A stretch of 64,000 bases of DNA. It comes from Chrysomallon squamiferum. Taxonomy: Eukaryota; Animalia; Mollusca. The notes beneath the pieces are model-generated. The model was not told where the DNA came from and searched no databases. It saw only the letters and a list, made by a program, of their open reading frames with translations. Location of the stretch: the NCBI GenBank assembly GCA_012295275.1, contig CM022673.1:9300001-9364000 (forward strand). The letters run 5' to 3'. Both the position numbers and the translations under genes were made by a program. Below are positions 27,205 through 41,348 of this stretch, in pieces (positions within the stretch are counted from its first letter, which is position 1; each line of letters begins with the position of its first letter).

Positions 27205-27288
27205 TTCAAACATCATCTTAAATATTTTATCTCCCTTTCTCATTTTCAAACATCATCTTAAATATTTTATCTCCCTTTCTCATTTTCA
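27205..27288. repeat. Exact 40-bp tandem duplication
   Basis: ttcaaacatcatcttaaatattttatctccctttctcatt occurs twice (27205, 27245). Confidence 0.95.
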
Positions 27289-27308
27289 TTCCCTCTTTCT
27301 CTTTCGTT

Positions 27309-27313
<5 letters not shown>

Positions 27314-27402
<89 letters not shown>
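27314..27402. repeat. (CT)n microsatellite
   Basis: Direct observation. Confidence 0.98.
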
Positions 27403-27407
<5 letters not shown>

Positions 27408-27635
27408 CTTCTCACGTGTGCTCATTGTGTATACAACATCCACTACAATCGGTATTCTGTTGTATAAAAAGCAAATATTTAACTGTTTTAATTAAGAAAC
27501 TTTTATTTTAAAGTTTGTCATCAAATTTCAAAGAAAGCCTATATTTCTCAGAACATGTTACATACATACTTTTCAAAAATATATATACGTATGTATGTTT
27601 GTATCTATGTAATTATGTGTGAATGTATGTATGTA

Positions 27636-27639
<4 letters not shown>

Positions 27640-27710
<71 letters not shown>
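27640..27710. repeat. (GT)n microsatellite
   Basis: Direct observation. Confidence 0.98.
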
Positions 27711-27711
<1 letters not shown>

Positions 27712-28461
27712 CAATTTTAGGAAAACCACACATGTACATGGAACAACACGAAATGAAATCATTGTGTTAATGGTTTTCAATATTCACAGCTCTTTTGATC
27801 ATGTAACCAGCTTCGCCTTAGGGATAACTCCCACATCTGTTTTAGTCATAAACATTCTTTTTTTTTTTTTTTCATAGCATTTACCTGAAATGTTTTTTTA
27901 CAGACACAATTAAACGTATATTACGAATGAATTAAAAGCTATTTATTAATGATAACCTTGTCACAAAAAAATATATGTAAAAGCTGTTGAGCTTCAAACA
28001 AAAATATCATACGACTGAGCTGGTAACTAGTGAAGAAATAAAGGTTATGATGCCTTATGACTGTTCCTCGCATAACAGACATATAATTCGTAATGTGATA
28101 CCGTTAATATGCAGACATGCAGTTATATATGTGTGTGTGTGTGTGTGTGTTCATACATGTGTAAGATATGAACATATATATGCACAGATGCACAGAATCA
28201 CACACACATATATATATATATGTTTCTATTTGTGTGTGTGTATGTGTGTGTTTGTATATATGTATATTACAATGTGAGTGTGTTTGTATGTACGTGTATA
28301 TATATATGTGTGTGTGTGTTTGTAGTTTTGGGGGATTTTTGTGTGTGTGTTTATATATATATATATATATGCTGAAAGGCAATAAAGCGAAATCAGTAGA
28401 AGTGCATTAATAACAGCAATTAAATTCTTAAAAAGTTAAAAGTAGCTAAAAAACATAGTTT

Positions 28462-28530
28462 TAGTAGTAGTAGTAGTAGTAGTAGCAGTAGTAGTAGTAG
28501 TAGTGTAGTAGTAGTACTAGTAGTAGTAGT

Positions 28531-28573
<43 letters not shown>

Positions 28574-28598
28574 CAGCAGCAGCAGCAGCAGCAGTAGT
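28462..28598. repeat. (TAG)n-(CAG)n compound microsatellite
   Basis: Direct observation. Confidence 0.96.
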
Positions 28599-28900
28599 AT
28601 TTTCGTAATGATAAACGTGTAAATCAAAATCGTTTTATATCAAAACGTTCCATAACATTTTAAATAACATTTATTCCCAAGTATCTTTCAGTGTAGCATG
28701 ACGTAACTTGTCTTATATTCCAGTAAATGAGTCTTGATAATGCAGACATGGACGAGTTGTTATAATTAAAATGTAAAATTTTCATTGTCTTTCTGCTAAA
28801 ATGATCGGTCGAAATTTTTTAGTTAACTTTACTAGGCTCAAAATATAATTAAAGATTATAGAAAGAATGATTACATAATAATTACATATTTTTAAATGGC

Positions 28901-28902
<2 letters not shown>

Positions 28903-28957
<55 letters not shown>
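28903..28957. repeat. (CA)n microsatellite
   Basis: Direct observation. Confidence 0.97.
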
Positions 28958-28958
<1 letters not shown>

Positions 28959-29668
28959 TCATTCGCGCGCGCATATATATCGTAATGCGGGTAAATATAA
29001 GAATTAAATGAATAAAATATGTTACTAAAATTTCCTGAAATGCATCATGAATGATATAATTTTATTTGTTCAGTATTTGCCTCTGAATATCTCATCTTCT
29101 GAAACAGCAGTTAACAGCATAATACAGCTAAATTAGCGAGAAATATATCTCCTTCATTTAATATCTGGCTTGAATTTTATCACCGTATATATAACGGTAC
29201 ATTAACAGTTATTATTATATTTCTGATATAGATCACTTTGTGTTGTTTTATATAACGGATTGTTAACAGGTAGATAGGCCTTCGTTTGATATTATAAAAT
29301 ATATCTCAGCATACTTATATTATCATTTATATCATAATGAATTTAAAAATATATATATATATATATATATAAGAATTACTGAAATAAATAATTGAATAAC
29401 TTTATGCTGGACATATACTCTGTTTATAAAGATTTAGTAAAAGTTACATTTTATTTTTCTCTCATTTTTATGCCAGTTTCTAATATATAACAGGATATTC
29501 AGTGCATTTTGTTTTGAATTTTGATTGGAATGCTATATGACTCATAGTACATTTAATAAAAATTTACATTTTAATAATAATATAAATGCATGCATATATA
29601 TTATTAAATTAATGCATGCATGTATATATTATTATTAAAATGGGCATATGTGTGTGTGTGTGTGTGTA

Positions 29669-29709
<41 letters not shown>

Positions 29710-30428
29710 TGTATATTAATTGAATACCTTGATTTTTTATTTGTTTTTTACTTCATACATTTCACATTTCACTTTCTGTTTATATATATATATTACGATC
29801 AGTTCACTTGACTGGATTCGTAAAACAATAAATTACTACCATTTATTTCGTATCACTTGAAATATTTAACGGTCAGTTTACGGTTACAAATCTGAACTAC
29901 ATAACTGAGCTGATTATGACAGTCTGGTTTATTTTGAGCGTGATTTGGAATAGATGTAACCAACACGATACAATAGATATAACAGTCAAATGAAACTTAA
30001 AGATCAATGCTTAAATGAAAATTAAAGACCAATGCAATGTGAACCGGTAAATAAATTCAGTTTGATATGCGTCTGATTTGAAAAATATAACGGTTAATTT
30101 AGGCCTGCGGTAAATACTTGACAATTCAATCTCTTGCATTTTATGTTTGGCTTGAAACGTAATATATCATGCTGGTAAACATAACGGTTAATTAACACCT
30201 ATTTTGCATATTTTATTGACAAAACGTGTTGTGTCTCTGTTATTATTTTACCACATATTTTTTTTACATTGTATCGATTATATATTTATTTATTTATTAA
30301 TATATTTTACATTTTATTTATTTATTTTATTTATTTTATTTATTTATTTATTTATTTGAATCTGCATTGTAATTTATTTATTTTTTTATGGGGGAGGAAT
30401 TTTATATTGACTTTTTGTTTATGCTGAT

Positions 30429-30600
<172 letters not shown>

Positions 30601-31213
30601 ATGAATTACAGTTTTAAGTATATATACATTTTACTTAAAAATTATCCATATAATTATTGATTTTAATTTTAATTATTTATGTCTTCGTTTTGTGTTATAA
30701 TTTAGAAACATTTATATATATTTAATATTAATTAGTATACTAACAATTGTCATTATTTGAGTCGTTTGTATGCTTTGTCTCTTTGTGTCTGTTTTGGTGT
30801 TTGGGGTTTTGGTGGTTGGTTTTGTTTTTGTTTGTTTTTTCTTGTTGTTGTTGTTGTTGTTTTGTCGTAGTTGTCTTTAGTATGCAATTCTTGTTAATTT
30901 ATTATAGAAAAAAATTACTGAAAGAATGATCGTTGAATGAATGGATTAAACAGACATGGAACATTTGACTAAATCAAGAAAATGAAATTGTAAAAACAAG
31001 TTACATGTTTTACAATATTATTAGTTTTCAAAACGTATCTCCTTAAATGTCAAAAAATTGTTTTAATAATGTTCATGAAATATTTTAGATATCATAATTC
31101 TAAATAAATGGTCCTTTTCAAACTGTTCTAAAACGGTATCACTGAGGCAAAACTCTACGTTCATGATTCTTTTATATTATTTTAAAATTAACTTAATTTC
31201 CATATTCAGTTAA

Positions 31214-31214
<1 letters not shown>

Positions 31215-31252
<38 letters not shown>

Positions 31253-31325
31253 GTAAGTAGTAGTAATAATAGTAGTAGTAGTAGTAGTAACAGTAGTAGT
31301 GGTAGTAGTAGTAATAGTAGAAGTA
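31215..31325. repeat. (TTA)n-(TAG)n compound microsatellite
   Basis: Direct observation. Confidence 0.93.
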
Positions 31326-32873
31326 CTAGCAGCTATTTTTTTATCTTTAAGTATGAATTTTTTTTCTGTTTCTGTTGAAAACTATGTAACATTTGATTAG
31401 CATTTAACTATACAACTTTTTGTTTTATTAGTAAAATGTATAACTTAAATCCGGGATGTTAAATCAGTTTCCCAGTATTATATATTATTTTCAAAAGCGT
31501 AAAATATTCGGTTTCTGCATTTTGATGAATTTAATTTACATTAATTTGATTTATCCTCTATTCTGAAATATTTGTTAATACAGTTTATTTAGTTACTAAA
31601 CGTACTATAATTTTAATAAACGATTATTTATATAATTTAAGCTTCGTCAAATAAGTTTAAAGAATCGAGTGTAATTTTGGAGTATTTTTTTTTCCCAACT
31701 TAATTCTTTTAATTTTTGGTTTCTTATATCCTTTTTGATTATGTTTTTTTTAAATATATAAATCGAATTAGTTTTAAATGTTTTTTCAAAAAATTTTCCA
31801 AGTTTGTTTGTTTTGTTTTTTTAAGCAAAATGTCTTGAGTATTTCTAGTAAATTAGTATATTGCTTATTTGTTTATTTTGTTTTATATTTCATTACTTCT
31901 TCGCTGAAATCTCCTTTTTTGTGAATTTCTTTTTCATTTTTAACTTTTAATATTCAATTCAACATGAAAAAGAAGTTAAAATATTGTTTTTAATTATTTT
32001 TATTATTTTATGTATTTATGTATTTATTTATTTATTTTTGTTTTAATTTTACATTTTCTGTGGGGATGTTTTTTTGTAGTTTTTGTCTTTGTCAATTCAT
32101 CTGCCGTTGTAGTTGCTGCAGATGTCGTTGTACATTGATTATATTTTGATTGTTTTGAAGTTTTTTTGTTATTTTTATTTCAATGCTCATTAAATCTACT
32201 ATGTTTTGCCACATAATGTTTAAAAATTACACTTTTTAAAACTTTTTTCAGTGAAACATTACAATGATAACTCAAAAAATATTTCAAAAATATTTTTATT
32301 AATATTCTCACGATATTTATTAACTCAATGGATAATCCCAAGATGGGTTTAAAACAGCGCTCTTAATTAATTTTTACATAATCACAACAACAAAAAAATC
32401 TTGTATTTAGTATTTTATTATATTTTATTTCTTCTCATATCATTTCATTTCAGTTACTGATTTATTTGAGAACAACAAAAAAACTAAATTAATCATAGCT
32501 TTTTTTATTTTAAATTGACCATAAATAATACTAATTTATGGAAATAATTCCCGAAACCATTGAAAGGAATTAAATTCTGCACTTAATTATTAAAAATCAA
32601 AATTCAAATTGCATACAAGACTTAATATTAAGAAAGCAAAGTTTTATAATGTCGAGAACAGACACAAAATATGATTTCTGGTTATTAGTTTTTTAAATTA
32701 TCTCTTAACTTTCTAATAAATTATTTTAAATTTTTTTCTCTTTTTTGTAACTGCTGTATTTCAAAAATTGAAATTTTTGTCCTGTTTTCTAGCAAACTTT
32801 AACCAAAAAATTGTATAATTTGAGGCGTTTTATATATTTCTAATAACTTTAAGAATTACCAGAAGTATTAAAA

Positions 32874-32907
<34 letters not shown>

Positions 32908-34203
32908 CAAAATTATTCTGACTGGGTACTAAAATATTAAGAAAATATTTTTAAAAATTAATAGTAAAAATTAAAATATATTTTCTTCTACTTTTCGAAA
33001 CTATTTAGTTCCATTTTCACTCAAATTTATTTTGTTTTTATTTGTTTTATTTTAAACGCAACTATTTATTAATTTACTTTAGCTCTTTTGTTTTGTTTTG
33101 TTTGTTTGTTTGTTTATTGTTGTTTTATAGTTAACATTTTCTTTGTTTTTACTGACGATTTTGATGATTTGTTTTCATCGTAATAATAAAGATTTTAAGA
33201 TTTTTATTATGATAACACTAATTACGTAATATATGTAAGCTTTACACACAATATTTTAATTTTAAAAAAGCAAGTGAAAAAGTGAAACAAATTTTTTTTT
33301 TATTAAATGTTGTATAAGCAAAATTACGTTCAGTACACAACGTTTTAAAATAGAATTTTACAATATAATAAATATAAACATATTTTAGAATTAATACTAA
33401 ATTCTATGAGATTGAATTTTAATGCATATTTAAATAGAATTTTATAAATAAATATACATATACATAAATCTCGAGAAATTTTAACAACATAAAATTCAAC
33501 AGGAGCTAGATAAACTGAATTTTAGGCTAAAAAAAAAAAAAACACATTCACATGAATCGTTAATTCTTAATAAATTACATGTAATAAAATAAAATAAAAT
33601 AGTTTTGAAGGAAAGAAAAACAGCAAAAATTTCAACAAAAAAGAAATTATTAACTTTTTTAATATCAAACGATTTAAACTAAAATTAATGTATTTTGAAA
33701 TATCAAAAAATGAAATAATAATGAAATAATCAGTGATAATCATAATTTTAAAATATTAACGATTAGTGTTGAGCAAAGATAAGTTTCAAGTTTTAAATAA
33801 ATGGGAAAAAAAAACAAAAAAAACATTGTGTCATTGGAAAGTTTAAAAATTTCAAAAATGATATCCATATTTTTTTTTTTTCATGCTTGTTTATATTTTT
33901 TATTGTTGTTGTTATGTTTTTGTTTGTTTTTTAATTTTATTTTCACTGCATGTATTTATGATTTTGTTTTATTTTTGTGTGTTGAATTTCTTTCAAGTAT
34001 GACTCTAATGTTTTTTAAATTTACATTTTTACTACTCACACTTATATATTTGATATATATATAAATTTTATACTCTGTATGTTTATAACAACAACATCTA
34101 TAACAACTGTAATAATCATAATAATAATAATAATAATACTTTTTTTTTCATAATAAGTATTACTTCTTTTGTATTAGAAAGAACGACAAGCTAATCGGTT
34201 GAA

Positions 34204-34246
<43 letters not shown>

Positions 34247-34379
34247 GTTCTGTTTTGTTTTGTTCTTATTTTGTTTTGTTTTTTCAAAAAAGAAAAATTA
34301 TTATTATTACTGTTGTTGTTTTTGTTCTTGTCTAAAATTTTCTTAATGAGAATGAAAAATGTAAATTTTTTCTCGCATC

Positions 34380-34412
<33 letters not shown>

Positions 34413-35363
34413 AACTATTAAGCTGAGATCTATTATAACAAAATATGACTGACTTTCTTTTCTTGTTTTAATTTCATAATTTATCATTTTAGTTTTATTA
34501 ATCACTGTCACAGTTATTTTAATTTTTGTTTCTTTTACCGTTTACGTTTTATTTCATTAACATAATACAAAATAAAATAAATAAACATTGATCGTTTAAT
34601 ATACATTATCTTATTTATATTTTTAATTTTATGCATGCATTGTTTACAAAGTGCAGTGGCTGTTTACAATATCTATACAAAACTACCGACAAAAGGTAAA
34701 TATACAATCTATGATGTTTGTTCAGCTGCATACAGTTAACGTCTAGTTATTTAAAATAATAAAATAAAAGATCTAAGTTAAATACAAAAACAAAATAACA
34801 AAAGACTGACAGACAAACGGAGTGACAGATATATGATTTATTAACATCACAGCTTGCACACATTGGATAAGCTTTGAATAAATTATAGTCGCATCAAACA
34901 AAATAAATATTATATGGTATATGAAAGTTACGAAAAGACGAGAGAAAGATAATTTGAATAATAAACAACAGTAATATTTGGATGTGCTAGTAAAGGCACG
35001 TGTGTGCGTGTTTGTTCATACACACACACGCACATAAACGCACGTTTGTTAATACGGCTTTGTAAAATGGTAAAAATAAGTGTAGTATGTACACATAAAA
35101 TTTAAAAAAAAAATTTGTTTAAAATTAGAAAGAAAGAAAACATATGAGTATTGATAATAACAGCAAGGAAACAAAACTAACAAAAACGAAAATGAAAAAG
35201 ATTCGAAAAAGGAAAAGAACAACACTAGCAAGGAAAATAATAACTATAATAACAGTAATAATAATAATAACAACAACTATAATAATAATAATGACGATGA
35301 TGATGACGATAACCAAAATAATAGTAATAATAACAACAACAATAGTAATACCACTACTACTTC

Positions 35364-35401
<38 letters not shown>

Positions 35402-35452
35402 TCAATAATAATAATAATTAAAACAGTAAAAACAACAATAGCAATCAGCATT

Positions 35453-35660
35453 ATCTGCACTAAAATAATATATCAGAAAAATATCTTGGTATATTTACCT
35501 TTACAAAAAGTGAAATAAAAAGTTTAAAAAAAAAATATTTAAAAAAAAAAAAATAAAAAAAAAATAATCTGCACTAAAATAATATATCAGAAAAATATCT
35601 TGGTATATTTACCTTTACAAAAAGTGAAATAAAAATTTAAAAAAAAAAAAAAAAAATAAA
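35453..35660. repeat. Tandem duplication, period 114 bp
   Basis: The ~69-bp core atctgcactaaaataatatatcag...gtgaaataaaaa is identical at 35453 and 35567, each followed by A-rich tracts. Confidence 0.95.
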
Positions 35661-35885
35661 AATTTTTTAAAAAATTTTTAAAAAATGAAGCCATCAAAAC
35701 AAGCTTAGATTACTTTACATTATACATGACTTATTGCGCGCATGCAGGTCGTTGCAGTGAACGCTGCATAGATTAATCTGCACAGATTAGCCGTGCATGT
35801 TGCATAATTCAAAAACGTTACCGTCGAGCCCGTTCGTGCCGTGAAAGTTAGACGATGTCTTGTCACCCGAAGCCATTGTGAAAAC

Positions 35886-35918
35886 ATGAAATATTTCTGG
35901 AAAAAGATAACTGATACG
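35886..35918 (+). CDS. Candidate short first coding segment MKYFWKKITDT (unknown gene)
   Basis: aaaacATG start context at 35886, 11 codons, then consensus-like donor acg|gtgagt (GT at 35919), inside a CpG-rich block. No downstream exon or homology established. Confidence 0.2.
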
Positions 35919-36346
35919 GTGAGTTGAATTCCTCTTTTAGAACTGAGAAAATACGTGTGTAAATATATACGCTGAAAAAAGACGCGTCGAAAAAAAAAAA
36001 AAAGAAAAAAAAAAGGAAGAAGAAGAAACAAAAAAAAGAAAGAAAGAAAGAAAACAAAAAAAAAATTAGACCGAGCTGGCGAGAGACAATGAGACAAGCG
36101 GACAGACAGACAGAAAAAGACATACCTCCATCTGTGTATTTTAGATAAGTATTTTAATACTTTCGTTGTGTTTATTTTTCGTTATATATATATATATATT
36201 TGTATATTATATATCAAGATATTTTTCGTTTTTTTCTTCTTTTTTTTTCATAATGAAACTAACAACAATTTTTTTTTTTTAGTTTCATCAAAATTATAAT
36301 TTATATTCTTTCTTTCGAAAACGTGCGTAGGTTTATGTAACAGATA

Positions 36347-36347
<1 letters not shown>

Positions 36348-36402
<55 letters not shown>

Positions 36403-36403
36403 A
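36348..36403. repeat. (GAAA)n microsatellite
   Basis: Direct observation. Confidence 0.96.
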
Positions 36404-36915
36404 ATAAAGGAAATGATAGACTGATAAAGACAGATAATTATATACAAAAAAAAGACAGCGAGAAAGAAAGACGTAATGAGAAAAAGCGAGAGAGAAACGG
36501 ACTAACAAACAGAGAGAAGGGAAGAGAGAGAAAGAGAGAAAATCAGAGAGAGACAAAGAGGAAAAGCGAGAGAAAGATAAAAACAAAAGAGAGAGATAGG
36601 AGAGTTAAGAGTGAAGAGGGGAGCCAGAGATCAAGAGAAATAGACAGAGAAGTAGATAACAGAAAAAGCATGGCTGAGTCTACTGTAATACTCGAAAGGA
36701 ACGTCAGTTTTGATCTCTCGTTCTATCAGAGAAACGCAAGCCTGTTTAGGACAGACAACATTTCATCTAATGAATTATTTCATACTCTGATCCCTCGCGT
36801 GGTGATAAACATACCTGCCACACGAAAACCGATAGTACATGGAGAATATGTATACGTTGGTAGGTGTGGCTGTGTGCATTGATTTTGTGTTATGGCATGT
36901 GGATGTGTGGCTATT

Positions 36916-36917
<2 letters not shown>

Positions 36918-36969
<52 letters not shown>
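36918..36969. repeat. (TA)n microsatellite
   Basis: Direct observation. Confidence 0.97.
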
Positions 36970-36973
<4 letters not shown>

Positions 36974-37417
36974 AGGTATGGGTGTGTATGTGTGTGATTA
37001 TTTTATTATTTTATATGTTTAAGTAAAATTATATATATATAAAAAAAGTATGTTAAATTATGTTATGCAACATTTCAGGGTTATTTTAAAATCCATTTTG
37101 AACTTCTACTATTCTCTTTTCTCTTTTGTTTCCCTGTTTCTATATATCTATCTATCTATCTCTCTCTCTCTCTCTCCTTGTAAATATTTCAAAATGTTTA
37201 TTAACTGATATAATGATATATATACATGTGTAGCTATAATGTAGCTATTTTTCTTTGTTGATGACAATGATGATGAAGATGAGATGATGTTGTTGATGAT
37301 GATGATGATGATGTCTATTATAATGAGGAGGAGGAGATTTTAAAAAAAAACAATGTTTTAATGAATCAACATGTGATGCAGCTATAAACAATTTCACGTG
37401 TAAACGCAATCGTCGAA

Positions 37418-37473
37418 CACATGATTCGAACCGCGTAACCTCTGCTTAAGAATTTTTCTTTTTTAACTGCTGC
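37418..37473 (-). mobile_element. Decayed tRNA-derived head fragment
   Basis: Minus strand reads cagaggttacgcggttcgaatc, containing B-box GGTTCGAATC (37423-37432). Confidence 0.3.
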
Positions 37474-37534
37474 ATTTTAAAAAATTCAGCCAAGTAACAG
37501 CCGGTTCTTTGTAAACCTTTATGTTTTTGTGCAT

Positions 37535-37568
<34 letters not shown>

Positions 37569-38264
37569 CTCTCTCTCTGTTTTATGCATTGTATCACATT
37601 TCAGAAATGTTATCGCTTTTGTTTAATCACAAACTGAATAGTTTTATTTTACCCATTCATACATGCGGGGGCGTATATGCAGTATTTTTAAATTTTTTAA
37701 ACCTTTTTATTAATTGGTATTTTTTTTATATTTTGTACATAGCTGCTATAACAATGCACAACTGTGACAACATAAAATATTATATTTCTACAGGGTGTGT
37801 TCCTGCGTATTGTATATTACAAAGATTATCTTATATTCATAATTTATTATCTCGAATTCAGCGTGTATATTATTTTACTTGAAAACATATATATATATAT
37901 ATATATATAACCACGGATCAAATATACGATTTGATTTTTAAAAAAATTTCAAAATCAATTATTTAACATTAATTTTTATTTTAATATATTCATCCGTGTT
38001 TTAATAATTTATATTTTTTTTTAAATTAATAAGAAACAAATATTTATAGTAAATTCAGAAAATTTATTTTAAAATGAAAAAATGAAATAAATTTATACAT
38101 ATTTCTTTTCGCTTCTTCACATTGATTTTTTTTTAAATTATAATTTTTATCTTTCTTTTTTTATTTTATTTCATTTTATTATTTTTATTTATTCATTTAT
38201 TTATTTATTTATTTATTTTTATATTTATTTTATAATTATAATTATTATTTTTATTATCAATATT

Positions 38265-38274
38265 ATTATTATTA

Positions 38275-38342
<68 letters not shown>
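38265..38342. repeat. (TTA)n microsatellite
   Basis: Direct observation. Confidence 0.95.
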
Positions 38343-39175
38343 TTGTCAAAGAAATGAAAAAAGAAACTATATATTTTCTTTGAGTTAAACTTGGTCTTGA
38401 TGAAATTATAAAAAGCACTGTATCGATACCATTTAAAAATCAAACCATGTTATTTTGTTTCCATTTTTCTGGTGGTTAAATCAAGAAAAAATATTTCTTT
38501 TCCTCAGATAAATTAAAACAAAATTAAAAGTGAACATAAATTTGCGTCAATTTATTTGTTTTGTTGTTGTTTTTTGTGTTTGTTTGTTTATTGTTGTTGT
38601 TTTTTTGTTTTTTTTTTTGTGTGTTGTTTTTGTTTTGTTTTGTTTTTTTTCGTTTTTTAAAGGTGTTTTTTGTTATTCATTCATTAAATTATTTACTCAT
38701 TTATTTATGATTTTTTATTATTATTATAATTATTTATTTATTTATTTTATTTTAATTTCTCTTCTTTTTCGTTTTTATTTATTTATATATTTTTTTTAAA
38801 TTATTGATATAATTTTTTATCTTTTTATTTTACTATTGTTTTTATTTTTCAATAAATTAAAAATCAGATTTATTATTGTTATTATTTCAAGCCTTTTCAA
38901 TAAACTTGTAACCATGAATATATATATATATTTCATATTCTGATCATTCATTATTTAAAAAAAAAAAAAAAAATATTATATAGAGAAATATCTGATTAAA
39001 TTAACCTGAAGCATTCAGTTCCTCTGTTCTTTAATATGTATAAATAAAATAAAATAAAATGAAATGAAATAAAATGAAATAAAAACATTGAATATATTTC
39101 AGCCTTCTCCGATTGATACTCGAACCCAGAACTGTACTGTCATCAAATCTTCTTTAAAGCACCTGCAGCCTTTTT

Positions 39176-39214
<39 letters not shown>

Positions 39215-40108
39215 TTTTTTGTTTTACAGAATTATATATGTTGCTGAGAAAGAAATTCTACATTTCCTTTAACAAAAAAAAAAAAAAAAAAAAAAAAAAT
39301 TATAAAAATAAAAATTTTAAAAAATTCTTTGCACTTGTTATAATTTTATTATATAAGAAATAAATATAACGAGTATATTTTTAACAGTAAAGAAATAAAA
39401 CTCTTAGCTGGAAGTACAAAAAAAAAAAAAAAAAAAAGTTAAAAAATAATAGTAGTTTTTAGACTATTTCTATATGTCATTTGAATTGCTCCATTTAAAT
39501 GCTTTCAGTTTTCTGTCAATGTATAATCTGTATTTTACAACATAGCTGTAGCATATTTATTATTTCTCCATCACCACTTGTCATTCCGCTTTATTATTAT
39601 TATTTCATTCGATGTATATTATTATGTTTATATGCTATTCCTGTATGTTTTTGGTCAGTAATATACATATATATTATGTATATATAATAACACAAAATGT
39701 AAATATCGAATATTTAACAGGAATAACGCTGTGTTTATTCACTAGAAGCAAGGAATTTTTATTTTCACTTTCCAAATGAGAAACAAAACACTTTGTCTTT
39801 GATAATGAATCACGGAGCACTTTCAGGAATGGGATATAGCACTACAGAGAAAATAATGATTACTTGAAAGAAGAGCTTTTTAACCAGAGAACTACAACCA
39901 GTCTATGTAACTATTCCTCAAGATGAAAAACAAATTAATAAACATACGTAACTATGTAGTTGTCCAAAAAAATTAATAAACGTCGATAATGTACAATTAA
40001 TATATCTTTGTTATCAAATGATTAAAACAACTAAAAAGTCATTAATCATATTTCAAAATCTAAACTATATTATCTTGGTCAGAATACTGTTTCCCTTTCA
40101 CACATAAA

Positions 40109-40116
40109 CACACACA

Positions 40117-40196
<80 letters not shown>

Positions 40197-40208
40197 CTCT
40201 CTCTCTCT
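40109..40208. repeat. (CA)n-(CT)n compound microsatellite
   Basis: Direct observation. Confidence 0.96.
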
Positions 40209-40406
40209 TCCATTTGCTTTCTTTGACGTTCATTCGTTACATCTTTCTGTTCTTCTCTCTCTCCCTCTCGCTGCCTGCCTGTCTCTCACATTCACTCTAT
40301 TTAATTCTCGCTGTTTCTATCAGTCCAATCTAAGTGTTTATCTATATCACTCACTCTCCCTATTTCTTGATAATCTCAGAAGAAAAATATTCAAATTAAA
40401 AATCAT

Positions 40407-40447
<41 letters not shown>

Positions 40448-41264
40448 ATCAGTGAACAAAACAATAATAAAAAAAAAAAAAAAAAAGATAAAAGAAAAAC
40501 ATAGCTTAAAAAGGAATAAAATCTCAAAATTATTAAATTAAAGAGAAAAAAAAAAAAAACAATTCAAAAAAAAAAAATCAGTTATCGAAATATCGGAATA
40601 CAAGAGCTGAAACTAATGACAAAATCGTTTGTTTGTATCTCTATTTTTCTACTTTGGTAAATTAAAAATGCAAATGGTCATGGCTGTGGCCGATGTCGTT
40701 GTAACATGACTCTGTGCAGTGATTATCACATTTAGCTCTATTGATCTGATGTAGTGACAGCTGTATGTCTAACAATATTGTTCTTTGTTTTACATCAATG
40801 GTACCACCCGTTACGATATTAAAGTGTTGTCGAGGTGTTGTTGGAGTAATTAAAATATCTATATGATATATGATGGCGAGTAAGATTAATGGTGGTCTAT
40901 GTTGGTGTTATTAAAAAAATTTTTTGAAAATAATTTTGAAGAAAGAATCTGAAACAAAACAAAAAAATAAAGTTAACATTTTTCGTTTTGATCAGCTGCA
41001 TAAAATTATCATATCTGAAGACTATTTTTCTTTTACGCGTAAAAGAACGTGAATATAAAGTTAAAACTTTCTTTATAAACGTGGATACCGAATATAATAT
41101 ATCTTTTTTATACAAGAAACATCGACTGGAACTGAGAGGAAAAGACAAAACGAGAAAGCATGAGAGAGAAAAAGATAATTGGATAGACGAAATCGAGATT
41201 AAAGCACGCCCAGAGAGACACAGAGAAAATAGAAAAAGAAAAAAAGAATAACAACGAGTGAGAT

Positions 41265-41266
<2 letters not shown>

Positions 41267-41345
<79 letters not shown>
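41267..41345. repeat. (GA)n microsatellite
   Basis: Direct observation. Confidence 0.98.

Positions 41346-41348
<3 letters not shown>

Noticed and set aside
39110-39170. tRNA gene on the minus strand (gggttcgagt)
   Set aside because: Only a B-box-like fragment, with no cloverleaf or A-box; at most SINE debris.
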